Origin: Patescibacteria group bacterium
GTDB lineage: Bacteria; Patescibacteriota; Microgenomatia; UBA1400; PJMF01
Assembly (NCBI GenBank): GCA_016861085.1
Contig: BOKR01000001.1
Span: 3,271-67,270, forward strand
Reading direction: 5' to 3'
DNA: 64,000 nucleotides
The notes below the pieces were generated by a model, which ran no database searches, was not told the DNA's origin, and worked only from the letters and a program-made list of their open reading frames with translations. Every line of letters begins with the position of its first letter. Within the stretch, counting starts at the first letter, position 1. A program made the translations under genes and the position numbers. Of this stretch, positions 1 through 8,963 are shown piece by piece.

Positions 1-67
1 TAGGATACCGTTAAGTGTTCTACAATGTATTGTTCCTGAGCTGACGGCTGGAGGATTCCGGTCTCTT

Positions 68-685
68 TTGTTTACTCTCAAAAAGCAAGGCGTCATTTCA
101 ACCCAGAGAGTACAGGGAGTAACGACTGCAAGCATTACTCATTACGGAACGACACTATTAGAAAGCGAATTTCCGGCTTTATCCTCAAAATGGGATGATT
201 GGGATGGTAGTTGGGAATGTCTGCTCTTTATGGATTCTCCAGCTTTTGATAAGCAATTTCGATACTTACGAACCCTGTTGTTATCAGAAGGGGCATTAGT
301 AGTAAATCGAGGTGTGTATATTGCACCTGGGGGTTTCTCACAGATAGTCTTAAAAGAGTGTAGGAATGCCTATCATTCGAGTGTTCTTTTGTTTTCGGTT
401 GGAGACTGGAAGATAGCAACGGAATCTTCTTTTATCATAGAAAAATATGGGCTTTTAGATATCGCTGAAGGCTACTCTGGACTTAGCAGAGATGTTGGCC
501 GACTGATAGAAATATCAATAAGTGAAAAAGGATTGATTGAGGGCAATAAGTCAGGTATACATTTGGTATATGACCGAGTAGTAGATATCTTACTTGAAGA
601 TCCGGGTTTTTGTACATTTTATTTTAAAGAAGTAGAAAAAGTGAAAAATATACTTTCAAGGCTCAGTGACTCGTTAGCTATATGA
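68..685 (+). CDS. hypothetical protein (205 aa)
   Basis: Long ORF with coding-like composition. No recognisable motif, signal peptide or TM segment. Confidence 0.4.
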   Translation: MFTLKKQGVISTQRVQGVTTASITHYGTTLLESEFPALSSKWDDWDGSWECLLFMDSPAFDKQFRYLRTLLLSEGALVVNRGVYIAPGGFSQIVLKECRNAYHSSVLLFSVGDWKIATESSFIIEKYGLLDIAEGYSGLSRDVGRLIEISISEKGLIEGNKSGIHLVYDRVVDILLEDPGFCTFYFKEVEKVKNILSRLSDSLAI

Positions 686-1514
686 TTTATCCCAAAGTAG
701 AAGCCTTTTACCAAGATATAGATGGGCGAAAACAGCTACTTTTTATTGTTCACAATTTATCCACAAACATTGTGCTATGTATTCAAACATCATAACAGGA
801 GTTGTTTCGGGTATGAATATGTAATTAAAAAACTAGATCATTTTTATATAAATTTATGTACTTATAATATAAGTAGAGTCATTGCGTTAATGTATTGCCA
901 GGCTATGCGTTAATATATCGGTAATTATGCAATAAAAAATATTTTGACTGAAATTAGATATAAAATTATATGGATATCTTATAAATCAACAAATAAAGGG
1001 CGAATATTGACCAGTTATTGATATAGGATAAAAAATAAGGCTAAAAACGTCTTATGGTTTCGTTCTCGGACTACAAACCGTGTGTGAAATATCGTGCTTA
1101 AAATGGACATGCAGTTTAACAACTATAGGATCAAGCTATTAAGCGACTTAATGATATCAAAATAGTATGACCAATTGAAAGTAATCAGGATCTATGACAA
1201 CGGAATAGGAGAGAAAAACCGTTATTTTGGCTTTCAGAGGCGAGCTTGAGGGTAAGATGTTTGCGAAAAGTGAGATCAATTTTTTGTTAGCTAATAGAAC
1301 AGCTAGAAAAGAGTAAACTCTTGCTATATTTTTTTCTTATCTGGGACTATCAATCTGAGTGTTTGATTGCTAAGAAATAAATAAGGCTATGATGGTTGTC
1401 TAATCAGCCAAAAATGGTATTCTGTTCGTGCTTTTAAGGTGTGTGAGAATATGACTTAAAATCGGTCTAATTGAATTGACTTAAATAGATCAAAACTATG
1501 CAAGTATTATGCGT

Positions 1515-3557
1515 TTATTTTTGAGGTAGATCTCCAAATAACTCTTTATATATTTCACTGATATCTTTCATTATAGCGTTGAGTGTCTTTCTTTCCTGAG
1601 TTACATCAACTTCTTCAAAGCTTAGCTGTGAACCTTCACGATCCCAGAATAGCCCATTCTTAGTGACTTGAATTTGATACTTGTTTGGATCAAGGAATGA
1701 TTCATGGTACCCAAGCTTATTCGTGTTTACGATGGAAACAAGCTCGCCTTTTGAGGGATCACTAACTCTAATGATGGCATTTTGTATTGGTTCCTGGTTG
1801 ATTGTGGTAACAAAACCAGAAATAGCTGGTTTTTCAAATGAATGGACCAGTCGTTTGATGAGTAATATTCCGTAGAGCCCAAGCACTAAAAGATTAATCC
1901 AGGTAGGGTAGAAAAGTGTGATAATGACTGAGATAATAAATAATGGCCAAAATAAATCAGTAAATCTGATTTTTCTAATGATACTTCGCATCGTTTTTCC
2001 AAATGTCGGCTTATATTCGCCTTTTATTTTTTTGTCCATTGGAATCAAGAAGAGTTGTTGCCTTTTGCTCGATTTCACCTCAAATTCTTCACCTTTGTAG
2101 AATTCTTCAATTGTATAGTAGCTTGGTCTTTTCTTCTCTGTAGGGTAATTGTAGTCTTGATGGCTGACATGAATGACGTATTTACCAGTTGGTAGCTGAA
2201 TACCTTGATATATACCGTCAACATCTGTTACTGCAGTCTCAATCAGGCGTTCTGAAACGATATCTGTAGTTGAGGTAATAGTAAGTAAGGCAAATGAAAC
2301 AGGTTCATTTGTCTGTGAGTCAAAAACCATTCCTTGAGGCTCTTTTGGAGGAATAAGACCCAATGCCTGGAGAATCTTTAATATGATATCCCAAGAAAAC
2401 TGTTGACCAAGTTGTAGTAATAGTGTCAGGAAGCTAATAGCTGGAACGGCAGCAGTGGCCACAAGCACCCCAACAGGGGCAACCGCTTGTGTGGCTTGTT
2501 GCACTGCCTGACGAATCTCTTGAGGTATAGTGGCAATAATCTCAAGAATTGGTTCGGGTATGAAATCAGTAATTTGTTGTTTTACGATTTCAGCTATTTC
2601 TACAGGCGGTATGATTGGAATTTTTATGATAGGAGTTGGAATTGGTGTTCCGGGAGATGGGGTTTCTTCGGGTCCTGGGGTTATATCTGGGGTCGGAGGA
2701 ATAATAATAAACTCCTGAATAATCAAGATCTTTAAATTTGTAATAACACTTATATTCCCAGCTTCATCAGTCACAACAAAATTGAGTGTAATGACTTCGT
2801 CTCTTGGCAAGATTCCTAATTGAAAGGTCCAGCTGCCGTCAGGATTAATAGTAAAGTTAATGATTTGAGTACCTTGACCGGGTATTTGTATTGTAACTTG
2901 AACCGAAGCATTCGGTTCTCCAGTTCCTGTGAATACTGGTTCATTATCCTCGAGTTCAATTGGTTCTTCTGGTACAGAATTGATGTCCTGTGCAGAAATA
3001 TTTGTAGTATATGGTCCAATTGTTTGAATTACAAATTCTGGTGCAAGCGTATCTATGTAAAAATCCCAAACTGCGGACGTATTTGAATTGCCAGCTGCGT
3101 CATAAACCATGACATACCAGGTATGGTGGCCATCAGATAGTGGGTCGACTGGTACCAAGGTATATTGTCCAGACCCACTATCATAGGTTAGTGTGTATTC
3201 ACTATTACTTGTACTTGAGGTCGGGATTGGTCCGTACACTAGCAAACCGTTTATATAGAGTTCATAGTAATCGACTCCGACATTGTCGGTTGACTCCTGC
3301 CAAATAAAGCTGGGAGTAGAGTCGTTAATAATTGCTTCATCCTCTGGAGAAATCAAAAACGGGGCTGAGGGAGGCATTACGTCTGGGACGGTGGCAGTCA
3401 CAGTGCTATCTCTGGTCTTAGGATTTGTTGCGGCATCCTCACCAGGGCCAATACCGCCAGCTTGACCATAGATTTTTAAGGAAAAAGTTTGAAAGAAGGC
3501 AATAAAGAGAATGAATAGAACAATAACTCTAAAATTTTGAGTATATTTGTTTCTCAT
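1515..3557 (-). CDS. large surface/membrane protein (680 aa): N-terminal signal peptide, Ig/FN3-like beta-rich region, Pro-rich linker, two carboxypeptidase-regulatory-like (CarboxypepD_reg-type) beta-sandwich segments flanking TM helices
   Basis: N-terminal hydrophobic signal sequence. Pro/Thr/Ile-rich linker PPTPDITPGPEETPSPGTPIPTPI. Segments VTDVDGIYQGIQLPTGKYVIHVSHQDY and IRVSDPSKGELVSIVNTNKLGYHESFLDPNKYQIQV resemble carboxypeptidase regulatory-like domains. Internal TM helices. 1-nt overlap with the downstream gene indicates an operon. Confidence 0.55.
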   Translation of the reverse strand: MRNKYTQNFRVIVLFILFIAFFQTFSLKIYGQAGGIGPGEDAATNPKTRDSTVTATVPDVMPPSAPFLISPEDEAIINDSTPSFIWQESTDNVGVDYYELYINGLLVYGPIPTSSTSNSEYTLTYDSGSGQYTLVPVDPLSDGHHTWYVMVYDAAGNSNTSAVWDFYIDTLAPEFVIQTIGPYTTNISAQDINSVPEEPIELEDNEPVFTGTGEPNASVQVTIQIPGQGTQIINFTINPDGSWTFQLGILPRDEVITLNFVVTDEAGNISVITNLKILIIQEFIIIPPTPDITPGPEETPSPGTPIPTPIIKIPIIPPVEIAEIVKQQITDFIPEPILEIIATIPQEIRQAVQQATQAVAPVGVLVATAAVPAISFLTLLLQLGQQFSWDIILKILQALGLIPPKEPQGMVFDSQTNEPVSFALLTITSTTDIVSERLIETAVTDVDGIYQGIQLPTGKYVIHVSHQDYNYPTEKKRPSYYTIEEFYKGEEFEVKSSKRQQLFLIPMDKKIKGEYKPTFGKTMRSIIRKIRFTDLFWPLFIISVIITLFYPTWINLLVLGLYGILLIKRLVHSFEKPAISGFVTTINQEPIQNAIIRVSDPSKGELVSIVNTNKLGYHESFLDPNKYQIQVTKNGLFWDREGSQLSFEEVDVTQERKTLNAIMKDISEIYKELFGDLPQK

Positions 3558-4654
3558 TATTCATTTGATTGCATTTTTTCTATTTGTTCTTCTAATTCAG
3601 CAATTCTTTTTTCTTCTATGCTCTTTTTATGTTTCAAGTGTCTTTTCACAGCAAGTCCTGCAAGGAGCAGTCCAAGCAAAATAGTCATTACGGCGATTAT
3701 TACTTTGATCGGGAGTAACCAAAAACTCGTGTTGGTAACTACTATCGCGCCAGCAGAACCATAGCTCATTGTTAGTTTTGCTTTGTATAAACCCCAGCCC
3801 CAAACTCGATCCCACTGTCCGGTGAAATCTCTACTTGTAAGAGGGAAGATATTTTTTGGTTCTATTCCAATGGTTTCTACTTTTCTACCAAGGATGTCAT
3901 AGACTTCAACACTCATTTGAGGGGTAATATGAACGTCAGAGTTATTTTCTACAGTAAAGCCAAATGGAACTGGGCCATATTCACTAAACTTAGGGAACGA
4001 AAAATCACGAACATACGCTTCCTCATTTATTGGACCATCAACAATGACATAGAGTAGCGTGCCAACACGTTGGTTAATAGCGGTGTTAGAACCACCAGTA
4101 CTCGCTCTATTTCCTGGTTCGTGAAGCACCATTGCATAGTGGCCACCAGGGAGGGCGTCCTCAGGGATTTCTACTAAAACATTAATGCCCGCGGTGGATT
4201 TTGATCCAATTGTATGTTCAGTTGGGGTTATTGTGAGCCACGAAGCTAGACTCCAACGGTTTGAAGTAGCATCGTCTATTGGAACGGGAGTTTCACCATC
4301 ACTATCCAAGACAAAGTCTTGGGCTGAAGTAATCACTGAGATTGGTTGTTCCGAAATGTTCCTCACTCTGAGCTGAATTTGCAGTTTTTCTCCTGGAGCA
4401 GCTTTGAGTGACCCATCATCACCAAGTCTAGGAGGAATTGCGGTTAAGGCAATTTCTTTTTGAGGAGAATCTGCTGTCTCACTTATGAGTTCTGGTATTG
4501 GCTGAGATTCATCTGAGGTTACTGTATTTGGAATAAATGGATTACTTACTGATTGGGCAAAGGCTCCTGGATTAAGACTCAGAAAGACAGTGGAGATAGC
4601 AATAAAGCCAGTCGTAATAATAATTTTGTGTTTTTTGATTTGGGCAGTATTCAT
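3557..4654 (-). CDS. secreted, C-terminally membrane-anchored beta-sandwich protein (365 aa), DUF916/WxL-interacting-protein-like architecture
   Basis: Signal peptide, beta-rich ectodomain, C-terminal TM helix (VIIAVMTILLGLLLAGLAV), then a short charged coiled-coil tail. Same architecture as the 322-aa protein two genes upstream. Confidence 0.5.
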   Translation of the reverse strand: MNTAQIKKHKIIITTGFIAISTVFLSLNPGAFAQSVSNPFIPNTVTSDESQPIPELISETADSPQKEIALTAIPPRLGDDGSLKAAPGEKLQIQLRVRNISEQPISVITSAQDFVLDSDGETPVPIDDATSNRWSLASWLTITPTEHTIGSKSTAGINVLVEIPEDALPGGHYAMVLHEPGNRASTGGSNTAINQRVGTLLYVIVDGPINEEAYVRDFSFPKFSEYGPVPFGFTVENNSDVHITPQMSVEVYDILGRKVETIGIEPKNIFPLTSRDFTGQWDRVWGWGLYKAKLTMSYGSAGAIVVTNTSFWLLPIKVIIAVMTILLGLLLAGLAVKRHLKHKKSIEEKRIAELEEQIEKMQSNE

Positions 4655-4666
4655 GTAGATCCCTCT

Positions 4667-6151
4667 TTAAAAAGTTGCTGTTGCTGTATAAATTACGTGG
4701 TTTTCGTAGTCTCCGGCTGCTTGTGTTGCAGAGATAATCGCTCTATAGCAGACATATAAGTTGTGATCGCTGGCAACAGTAGTTGAAGAAAAGATTTGTT
4801 GGGCAGCTTGGCTATCTTCAGAGTCTGCAAATTGTCTTGCACAATATGTGCCACCAGAACAGTTTCCTGAAGTAGTGTCGTATTCAAAGACTGGTGTCAA
4901 TCCAGTTGCATTCACATTATCGAGTGAAAATCCAAACCCCTTAAATGTTGTCGAATCCCATCGGTCAGAAGCAGTATGACTCATTGCAGCATTGTTCCCT
5001 GTGGAGTCTGGGATACAATCAGCCCCAGTGTTGTCTCCAGTACAAACAGCAGCATTTCTTCCCAGTTGATCATTAGCTCTTACTGTAACTGCATAGCCAT
5101 TAGTAGCGTTTGTTGAAACTGCTAATGCCTGAGCTGCATCAGTGAAAGCAGAGATAGAAAGTTCTCCAAGTGGTACGCCAGCTGCGGTTGTAGTTACATC
5201 TGTGGTAACGCCACAAGCAGTGATGCCAGAAGCAATTCCACTAATTTGGAACGTAATTTGTGGTGCTACAGATGCTGTCACGCGAACAGCCTCGACTACA
5301 CCAATGGATGCCGTAGTTGAATCTTGAGCTGAATAGCTACTATTTAAATGCTGGACAATAATCCTGTATGTATCAGCAAGACCAGTGGTATGAGCAACTT
5401 TTGGTGCAGGGTTAATGAGGTCATTGATAACGATTGCGTCGTTTGTGGTTCCATCAAAAGGAGTGCCAATTGCACCGGCCCCCGAATAACGACATTCAAA
5501 CGCATGATAATCTTGTGAACCAATAGTTATTGCAGATGCTGAAGCGGTACCAGCTACAAAATCGTATCCAGTTAGATCGGTTGGGCAAGTAACTGTTGGA
5601 GCAGAGTTGCTGAAATCAAAATTGCCTGCATCTGGTAATCCGTCTTGAGAGTCGGCATCGTTGCTAACTGAAGGTACCAAAATTCTGATAGCTCCATTGG
5701 CAATAGCATTGGCTGTAGTGAAGCGGACAGTTTGTGTTGCTGATCGTGTCGCGATTACAATATCACCAGCTTCTGTATCTCCAGAAGCAAGTACGGGCGT
5801 AACATTGAATGTTGAAGCACTATCTATACTGGTAATTGAGTAGGTAGAGATTGTACTGCCATTACCGATACCAACGTCATCATCTGTTCCATCTGCACTG
5901 ACTAATTGTGCAGATGTAGTAGAAGGCCAATCGCCTGTGGTTGTGTCGATAATGACTTGAGAGGAGCCAACAGTGTTGCCGGCAGCAAGTGCACCACTAA
6001 AGGAGAGCTGAGAGTTTGAAAGAGTTACAGAAACGTTTGTTAAGCTTGCAGATTGGCTTTTTTGATAAGCTCCAGCCATTGCAATTCCTACGAATACAAA
6101 TGCAGCAGTAACTATTTTTTTTGTTGTGGTTTTAGAAAAAGATTCTCTCAT
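4667..6151 (-). CDS. secreted Thr/Ser/Gly/Ala-rich surface protein (494 aa), candidate major surface/S-layer- or fibre-like subunit
   Basis: N-terminal signal/TM segment. Low-complexity T/S/G/A-rich composition with scattered Cys pairs. C-terminus ends in alternating hydrophobic residues and a terminal Phe (…HVIYTATATF). Confidence 0.5.
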   Translation of the reverse strand: MRESFSKTTTKKIVTAAFVFVGIAMAGAYQKSQSASLTNVSVTLSNSQLSFSGALAAGNTVGSSQVIIDTTTGDWPSTTSAQLVSADGTDDDVGIGNGSTISTYSITSIDSASTFNVTPVLASGDTEAGDIVIATRSATQTVRFTTANAIANGAIRILVPSVSNDADSQDGLPDAGNFDFSNSAPTVTCPTDLTGYDFVAGTASASAITIGSQDYHAFECRYSGAGAIGTPFDGTTNDAIVINDLINPAPKVAHTTGLADTYRIIVQHLNSSYSAQDSTTASIGVVEAVRVTASVAPQITFQISGIASGITACGVTTDVTTTAAGVPLGELSISAFTDAAQALAVSTNATNGYAVTVRANDQLGRNAAVCTGDNTGADCIPDSTGNNAAMSHTASDRWDSTTFKGFGFSLDNVNATGLTPVFEYDTTSGNCSGGTYCARQFADSEDSQAAQQIFSSTTVASDHNLYVCYRAIISATQAAGDYENHVIYTATATF

Positions 6152-6276
6152 TTTTGGCTTTATAACAATCTTTTTTTTAGCCGTTTTTTCTCGTTTTAGA
6201 AATGATAAAAAACGGAAGATTTTCTCCTAAAATTAATAATATATACTTTATACGGCATATGCAATACGCAAAGAAG

Positions 6277-7245
6277 CTATAAGCTACTCATTTTTGGTTT
6301 TTGTTTGGATAAAAAGTAAAAAAGAGCGATTCCCAACAAGAGTGCAGCAAGAATTGCAATCGGAAGAGCATAGAAAACGTGAACTGATTGCGTAATTACA
6401 GTTCCATCTTGACCAGTCAGAGTCAAAACGATTTGGTACGGTCCGATGAGAAATTTTGGTTTGTAAGCAAGTGAACCCACTTCAGGCTTTTGTGGATCAG
6501 AATTTGAAAGTAAAGCGCGAATTTCTCTAGAGTTGTGCCCTAAAATAGTGTCGGGGTACACGTCAAACTCTACAATCGTTTGTTTGCGCCAATTCACAAT
6601 TTTGGCACTTCCTGAAGCTACAACAGCCCCCAAACTATTATTTTTAACCAAGGGTGAAAATTCGATTTGTTGAAAACTATCAACAAATTTTGGTGCGTTT
6701 ATGTTGAGCACTTCTAACGTTTTTGTGAAACTGTTTTGTTTTGACACCAGAACTATAAGATTACTACCAATTGCAGCATTGATTTGAGAGTTTGATTTTT
6801 GACTATTTTGCTGAAAATTTTGAGCTTTCTCTTGTTCTGATTTTGAAAAAAAGAGGACCGTAAGTGGATACTCTTTTTCTTGAGCTTCATGAGGAACAGA
6901 AATATACAGGGTGAGTTGTGCCTTTTTATTGGGTGGTATGGTTACTTCTTTGACAGAATTATCAACTCCCATAGAAACATAGGGGAAAGTGAGTTGGTTT
7001 GTGACAATAGCTCGACCGGTTTTGCCGTCAGTAGTAAAGTCTACTATGGTTGGCAAAACCGTTATTGGAGTTTCACCACTATTTTCAAGAATGATTGTAT
7101 GATTTGCTGAGGTTCCTGGGGCTACATGCAGGTAAGAAACAGGGGGTGAGACCGTCAAGTTAACTTCTGAAGCCTGCGCCAACACTTGGTTTAGACCAAG
7201 TGTGAGTAAAAATGTGCATGTAATAAGTAAGGGTAGTCGCTTCAT
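6277..7245 (-). CDS. secreted, C-terminally membrane-anchored protein (322 aa), DUF916/DUF3324-like (WxL-interacting-protein-like) architecture
   Basis: Signal peptide MKRLPLLITCTFLLTLGLNQVLAQA. Beta-sandwich-like ectodomain. C-terminal TM helix LPIAILAALLLGIALFYFL followed by a short basic tail. Confidence 0.5.
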   Translation of the reverse strand: MKRLPLLITCTFLLTLGLNQVLAQASEVNLTVSPPVSYLHVAPGTSANHTIILENSGETPITVLPTIVDFTTDGKTGRAIVTNQLTFPYVSMGVDNSVKEVTIPPNKKAQLTLYISVPHEAQEKEYPLTVLFFSKSEQEKAQNFQQNSQKSNSQINAAIGSNLIVLVSKQNSFTKTLEVLNINAPKFVDSFQQIEFSPLVKNNSLGAVVASGSAKIVNWRKQTIVEFDVYPDTILGHNSREIRALLSNSDPQKPEVGSLAYKPKFLIGPYQIVLTLTGQDGTVITQSVHVFYALPIAILAALLLGIALFYFLSKQKPKMSSL

Positions 7246-7248
7246 AGG

Positions 7249-7980
7249 TTAAAATCCTGGCACTGCTACATAAACAACTGCAGTCTCATAATTACCACTA
7301 GCTTGGCTACTCCCTATGCCTGCCTTGTAGGTAACTGTTGATTGGCGGGCATTGGCGATATTGCTTGAACTCATTACAACCTGCATTGCTTCTGCTGCCT
7401 CATTATTGGCAAAACTTTTGAAATAAGTGCTGTTGATAAAATGTGCAGGAATATCATTGCCAGTCATATTGTAGCCAAATCCGGCAACTGATTGATTTGT
7501 CCATATTCCTGCGGTTGTATGAGTACAAGTTCCAGCATCACAGGTAGTGTTTGGTATTTCTTCAGAACCTTCAAGTTGCCTGAGTGGATGTAATTCGTAT
7601 GCATATACAGAATATCCTCCAGCCCCTTGTGTAGTAATGGTAAGGGTATGAGAATCAGTTTCATGGGTTTGTTCAGCTAACTCACCAAAGTCGATGAGAG
7701 TTTTTGAGATTTGAAAACGAAAGGTATCTATCTGATAAATATACTGAAAACCAGATCCAACAAAATAGGTTGATCCGCCATATGAACCATAAGGACCAGA
7801 TCCGGTTTGTCCAACAGTATCTGTAACATTGTAGGATGTGCTGCTTTTTTCTCCTGAAGTCACATTGAAATTGCCAAAAGTAATAACATACGAATCAGAC
7901 TCCAGTCGTTCGGCATGCGCTAATTTGAAGCCCAAAAGAAAAAGGGAACAAGTGGTAAAAATGATCAGTGCTTTTCTCAC
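7249..7980 (-). CDS. secreted protein (243 aa), Gly/Ser/Thr-rich
   Basis: Signal peptide MRKALIIFTTCSLFLLGFKLAHA. C-terminus …VVYVAVPGF with terminal Phe. 4-bp overlap with the upstream membrane protein gene. Confidence 0.5.
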   Translation of the reverse strand: MRKALIIFTTCSLFLLGFKLAHAERLESDSYVITFGNFNVTSGEKSSTSYNVTDTVGQTGSGPYGSYGGSTYFVGSGFQYIYQIDTFRFQISKTLIDFGELAEQTHETDSHTLTITTQGAGGYSVYAYELHPLRQLEGSEEIPNTTCDAGTCTHTTAGIWTNQSVAGFGYNMTGNDIPAHFINSTYFKSFANNEAAEAMQVVMSSSNIANARQSTVTYKAGIGSSQASGNYETAVVYVAVPGF

Positions 7981-8705
7981 GATTCAAGTTTATTTTCAGT
8001 TTTTTTTGTACGAGGATCTATTTTTGATGATTCTATAACTTTTTGGCTTTCGGAACTAAGTAATGTAATTTGTGTTTCTAAAATGTGTGGGTCAATCGGT
8101 TCGCCACGATGAATCGATGTTTCAAGCAAATCTCTTAGTATGAGTAACTTTGGTTGCAGGAAATTGACGATAAAGCCCTCAATTGTTTGTTCTTTGTATT
8201 CAAGTGAATTTAATGCTTGCTCTTCAGTCTGTAAAACTTTTTGTTGTATTCGTGAATCGTCATATTGTCTTCTAGCGAAAAGAAAAAATAACAGCATCAT
8301 GGGGAGAGTCATAAATGCAGCTATACTGACTGAAGTTGGTATTGGTTCGATTGCATAGTGAACCAACATTGTGGCTAAGGTAGCAACCACAGCAGTACTT
8401 TGTCTGGTTGTCATGACCAAAAAAAATAAATGAATGTATGCGAATGGATAAAACAGAGACTGCGAATTTCCTGTTGAACCTATGAGTAGAACAACAGCAA
8501 AAGAGACAAACACAATTTCAATGGAATGTGCTTTGGGTAGGATGTGCCAAAGTTTACCACCATAGATTCGTTTTGTAATAAAAAATCCTAAAGTAGCCAC
8601 AGCAAAGGCTTGCAACGAATAATAGGAAAGGGCTGGAGTAGTAAGCCAGATATAGGCAAGGCAAATAGCTAATAAAACGGCAAGCGTGTGTTTGATTGAA
8701 GACAT
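7977..8705 (-). CDS. integral membrane protein (242 aa), about 4 TM helices plus C-terminal cytoplasmic coiled-coil domain; first gene of the surface-protein operon
   Basis: Multiple hydrophobic helices in the N-terminal 150 aa; charged C-terminal domain. A promoter region lies upstream (8706-8760). Confidence 0.5.
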   Translation of the reverse strand: MSSIKHTLAVLLAICLAYIWLTTPALSYYSLQAFAVATLGFFITKRIYGGKLWHILPKAHSIEIVFVSFAVVLLIGSTGNSQSLFYPFAYIHLFFLVMTTRQSTAVVATLATMLVHYAIEPIPTSVSIAAFMTLPMMLLFFLFARRQYDDSRIQQKVLQTEEQALNSLEYKEQTIEGFIVNFLQPKLLILRDLLETSIHRGEPIDPHILETQITLLSSESQKVIESSKIDPRTKKTENKLES

Positions 8706-8760
8706 ATGACTTTCTCTTTCCAGTATACCTCAATTTGTGATCGAAAATAATTATCTATGC

Positions 8761-8963
8761 TATAATGCCTCTATGTTGCAAAAAGTCTCAAACAAACTTC
8801 TTCTTACCTCTCAGGATTAAGGGGAGTTGTTTGCGTTTTAAAATCCCCTTACAAGAAGGGGTTTTTTTTCTTTCGGACCCGATCTTTTTCGTCAGAAAAA
8901 GTCGTAGGTACGAAAGAAGTAAGAGGTAACACTACATAGTAAAACAGGTACAATAGGGAGCAT
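8761..8963 (+). promoter_or_regulatory. leuS 5' leader: extended -10 promoter (TGcTATAAT at 8758-8766), terminator/antiterminator switch (hairpin 8844-8861 plus U-run; alternative pairing of 8817-8825 with 8844-8852), conserved about 50-nt downstream element (8868-8916) shared with the thrS leader
   Basis: Hairpin TCCCCTT-ACAAG-AAGGGG followed by 8 U. Upstream TTAAGGGGA is complementary to the hairpin's 5' arm. The 8868-8916 block is near-identical to 53694-53740. Confidence 0.5.

Noticed and set aside
2487-3086. Several 60-90-aa ORFs on both strands within the 680-aa surface protein gene
   Set aside because: They are nested in a long, well-supported ORF with signal peptide and domain structure. 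Their low-complexity translations are frame artefacts of the Pro/Ile-rich linker.
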